Of a stretch of 20,812 nucleotides of DNA, positions 20,724-20,812 are shown one piece after another. The position numbers and the translations under genes are program-made. This stretch comes from a virus. How positions within the stretch are numbered: the stretch's first letter is position 1; each line of letters opens with the position of its first letter. Where the stretch lies: the IMG/VR virus record IMGVR_UViG_3300020215_000677; one strand, 5' to 3'. The notes below the pieces were generated by a model that saw only the letters and a list, made by a program, of their open reading frames with translations, had not been told where the DNA came from and made no database searches.

Positions 20724-20812
20724 GAGGTTGCTTCCCCTATCTGATCGGCACCCCGCCCCCGCTTCCCCCGGCCCTTCACATTGCCGATGATGGCTTGCGA
20801 GCCGTGCGAGAC
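20686..20812. repeat. Terminal exact duplication, copy 2 (identical to 1-127)
   Basis: Same 127-nt string as the window start. It contains the 3' end of the 228-aa ORF and the start codon of the 81-aa ORF. Confidence 0.97.

Overview
The window is a closed circle rather than a chromosomal slice. Bases 1-127 recur exactly at 20686-20812, so the unique unit is 20,685 bp, and a translationally coupled gene pair runs across the artificial junction. It is GC-rich and almost all genes lie on the minus strand, many joined by ATGA or TAATG stop/start overlaps.

Modules, following minus-strand transcription:
- A putative attP (13347-13668) containing a 17-nt mimic of a tRNA 3' end.
- A P4-type tyrosine integrase, coupled to an unknown 394-aa ORF.
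- An AlpA/excisionase-type HTH followed by small early genes.
- A DnaB-family helicase and a wHTH replication initiator with iteron-like repeats inside its own gene.
- A long operon of virion-like genes: a 413-aa unknown, a tail-fibre-like 419-aa protein, 223-, 707-, 70-, 129- and 228-aa ORFs, an 81-aa Cys/His HGG-motif ORF, and an 867-aa protein with an M15-type peptidoglycan peptidase motif and two tandem-repeat arrays.
- An accessory/lysogeny block (13.7-17.8 kb) with a secreted SNase-like nuclease, several signal-peptide proteins and two paralogous XRE HTH regulators around divergent promoters.

I recognise no terminase, portal, major capsid or packaging ATPase. The element therefore looks like either a very divergent small temperate virus or a PICI/P4-like satellite that carries adsorption and ejection genes.

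The most unusual local structure is a 597-bp segment bounded by perfect 40-bp inverted repeats (14443-15039). It carries a signal-peptide ORF and interrupts a small gene.

All functional calls come from motif recognition by eye. No database search was run.
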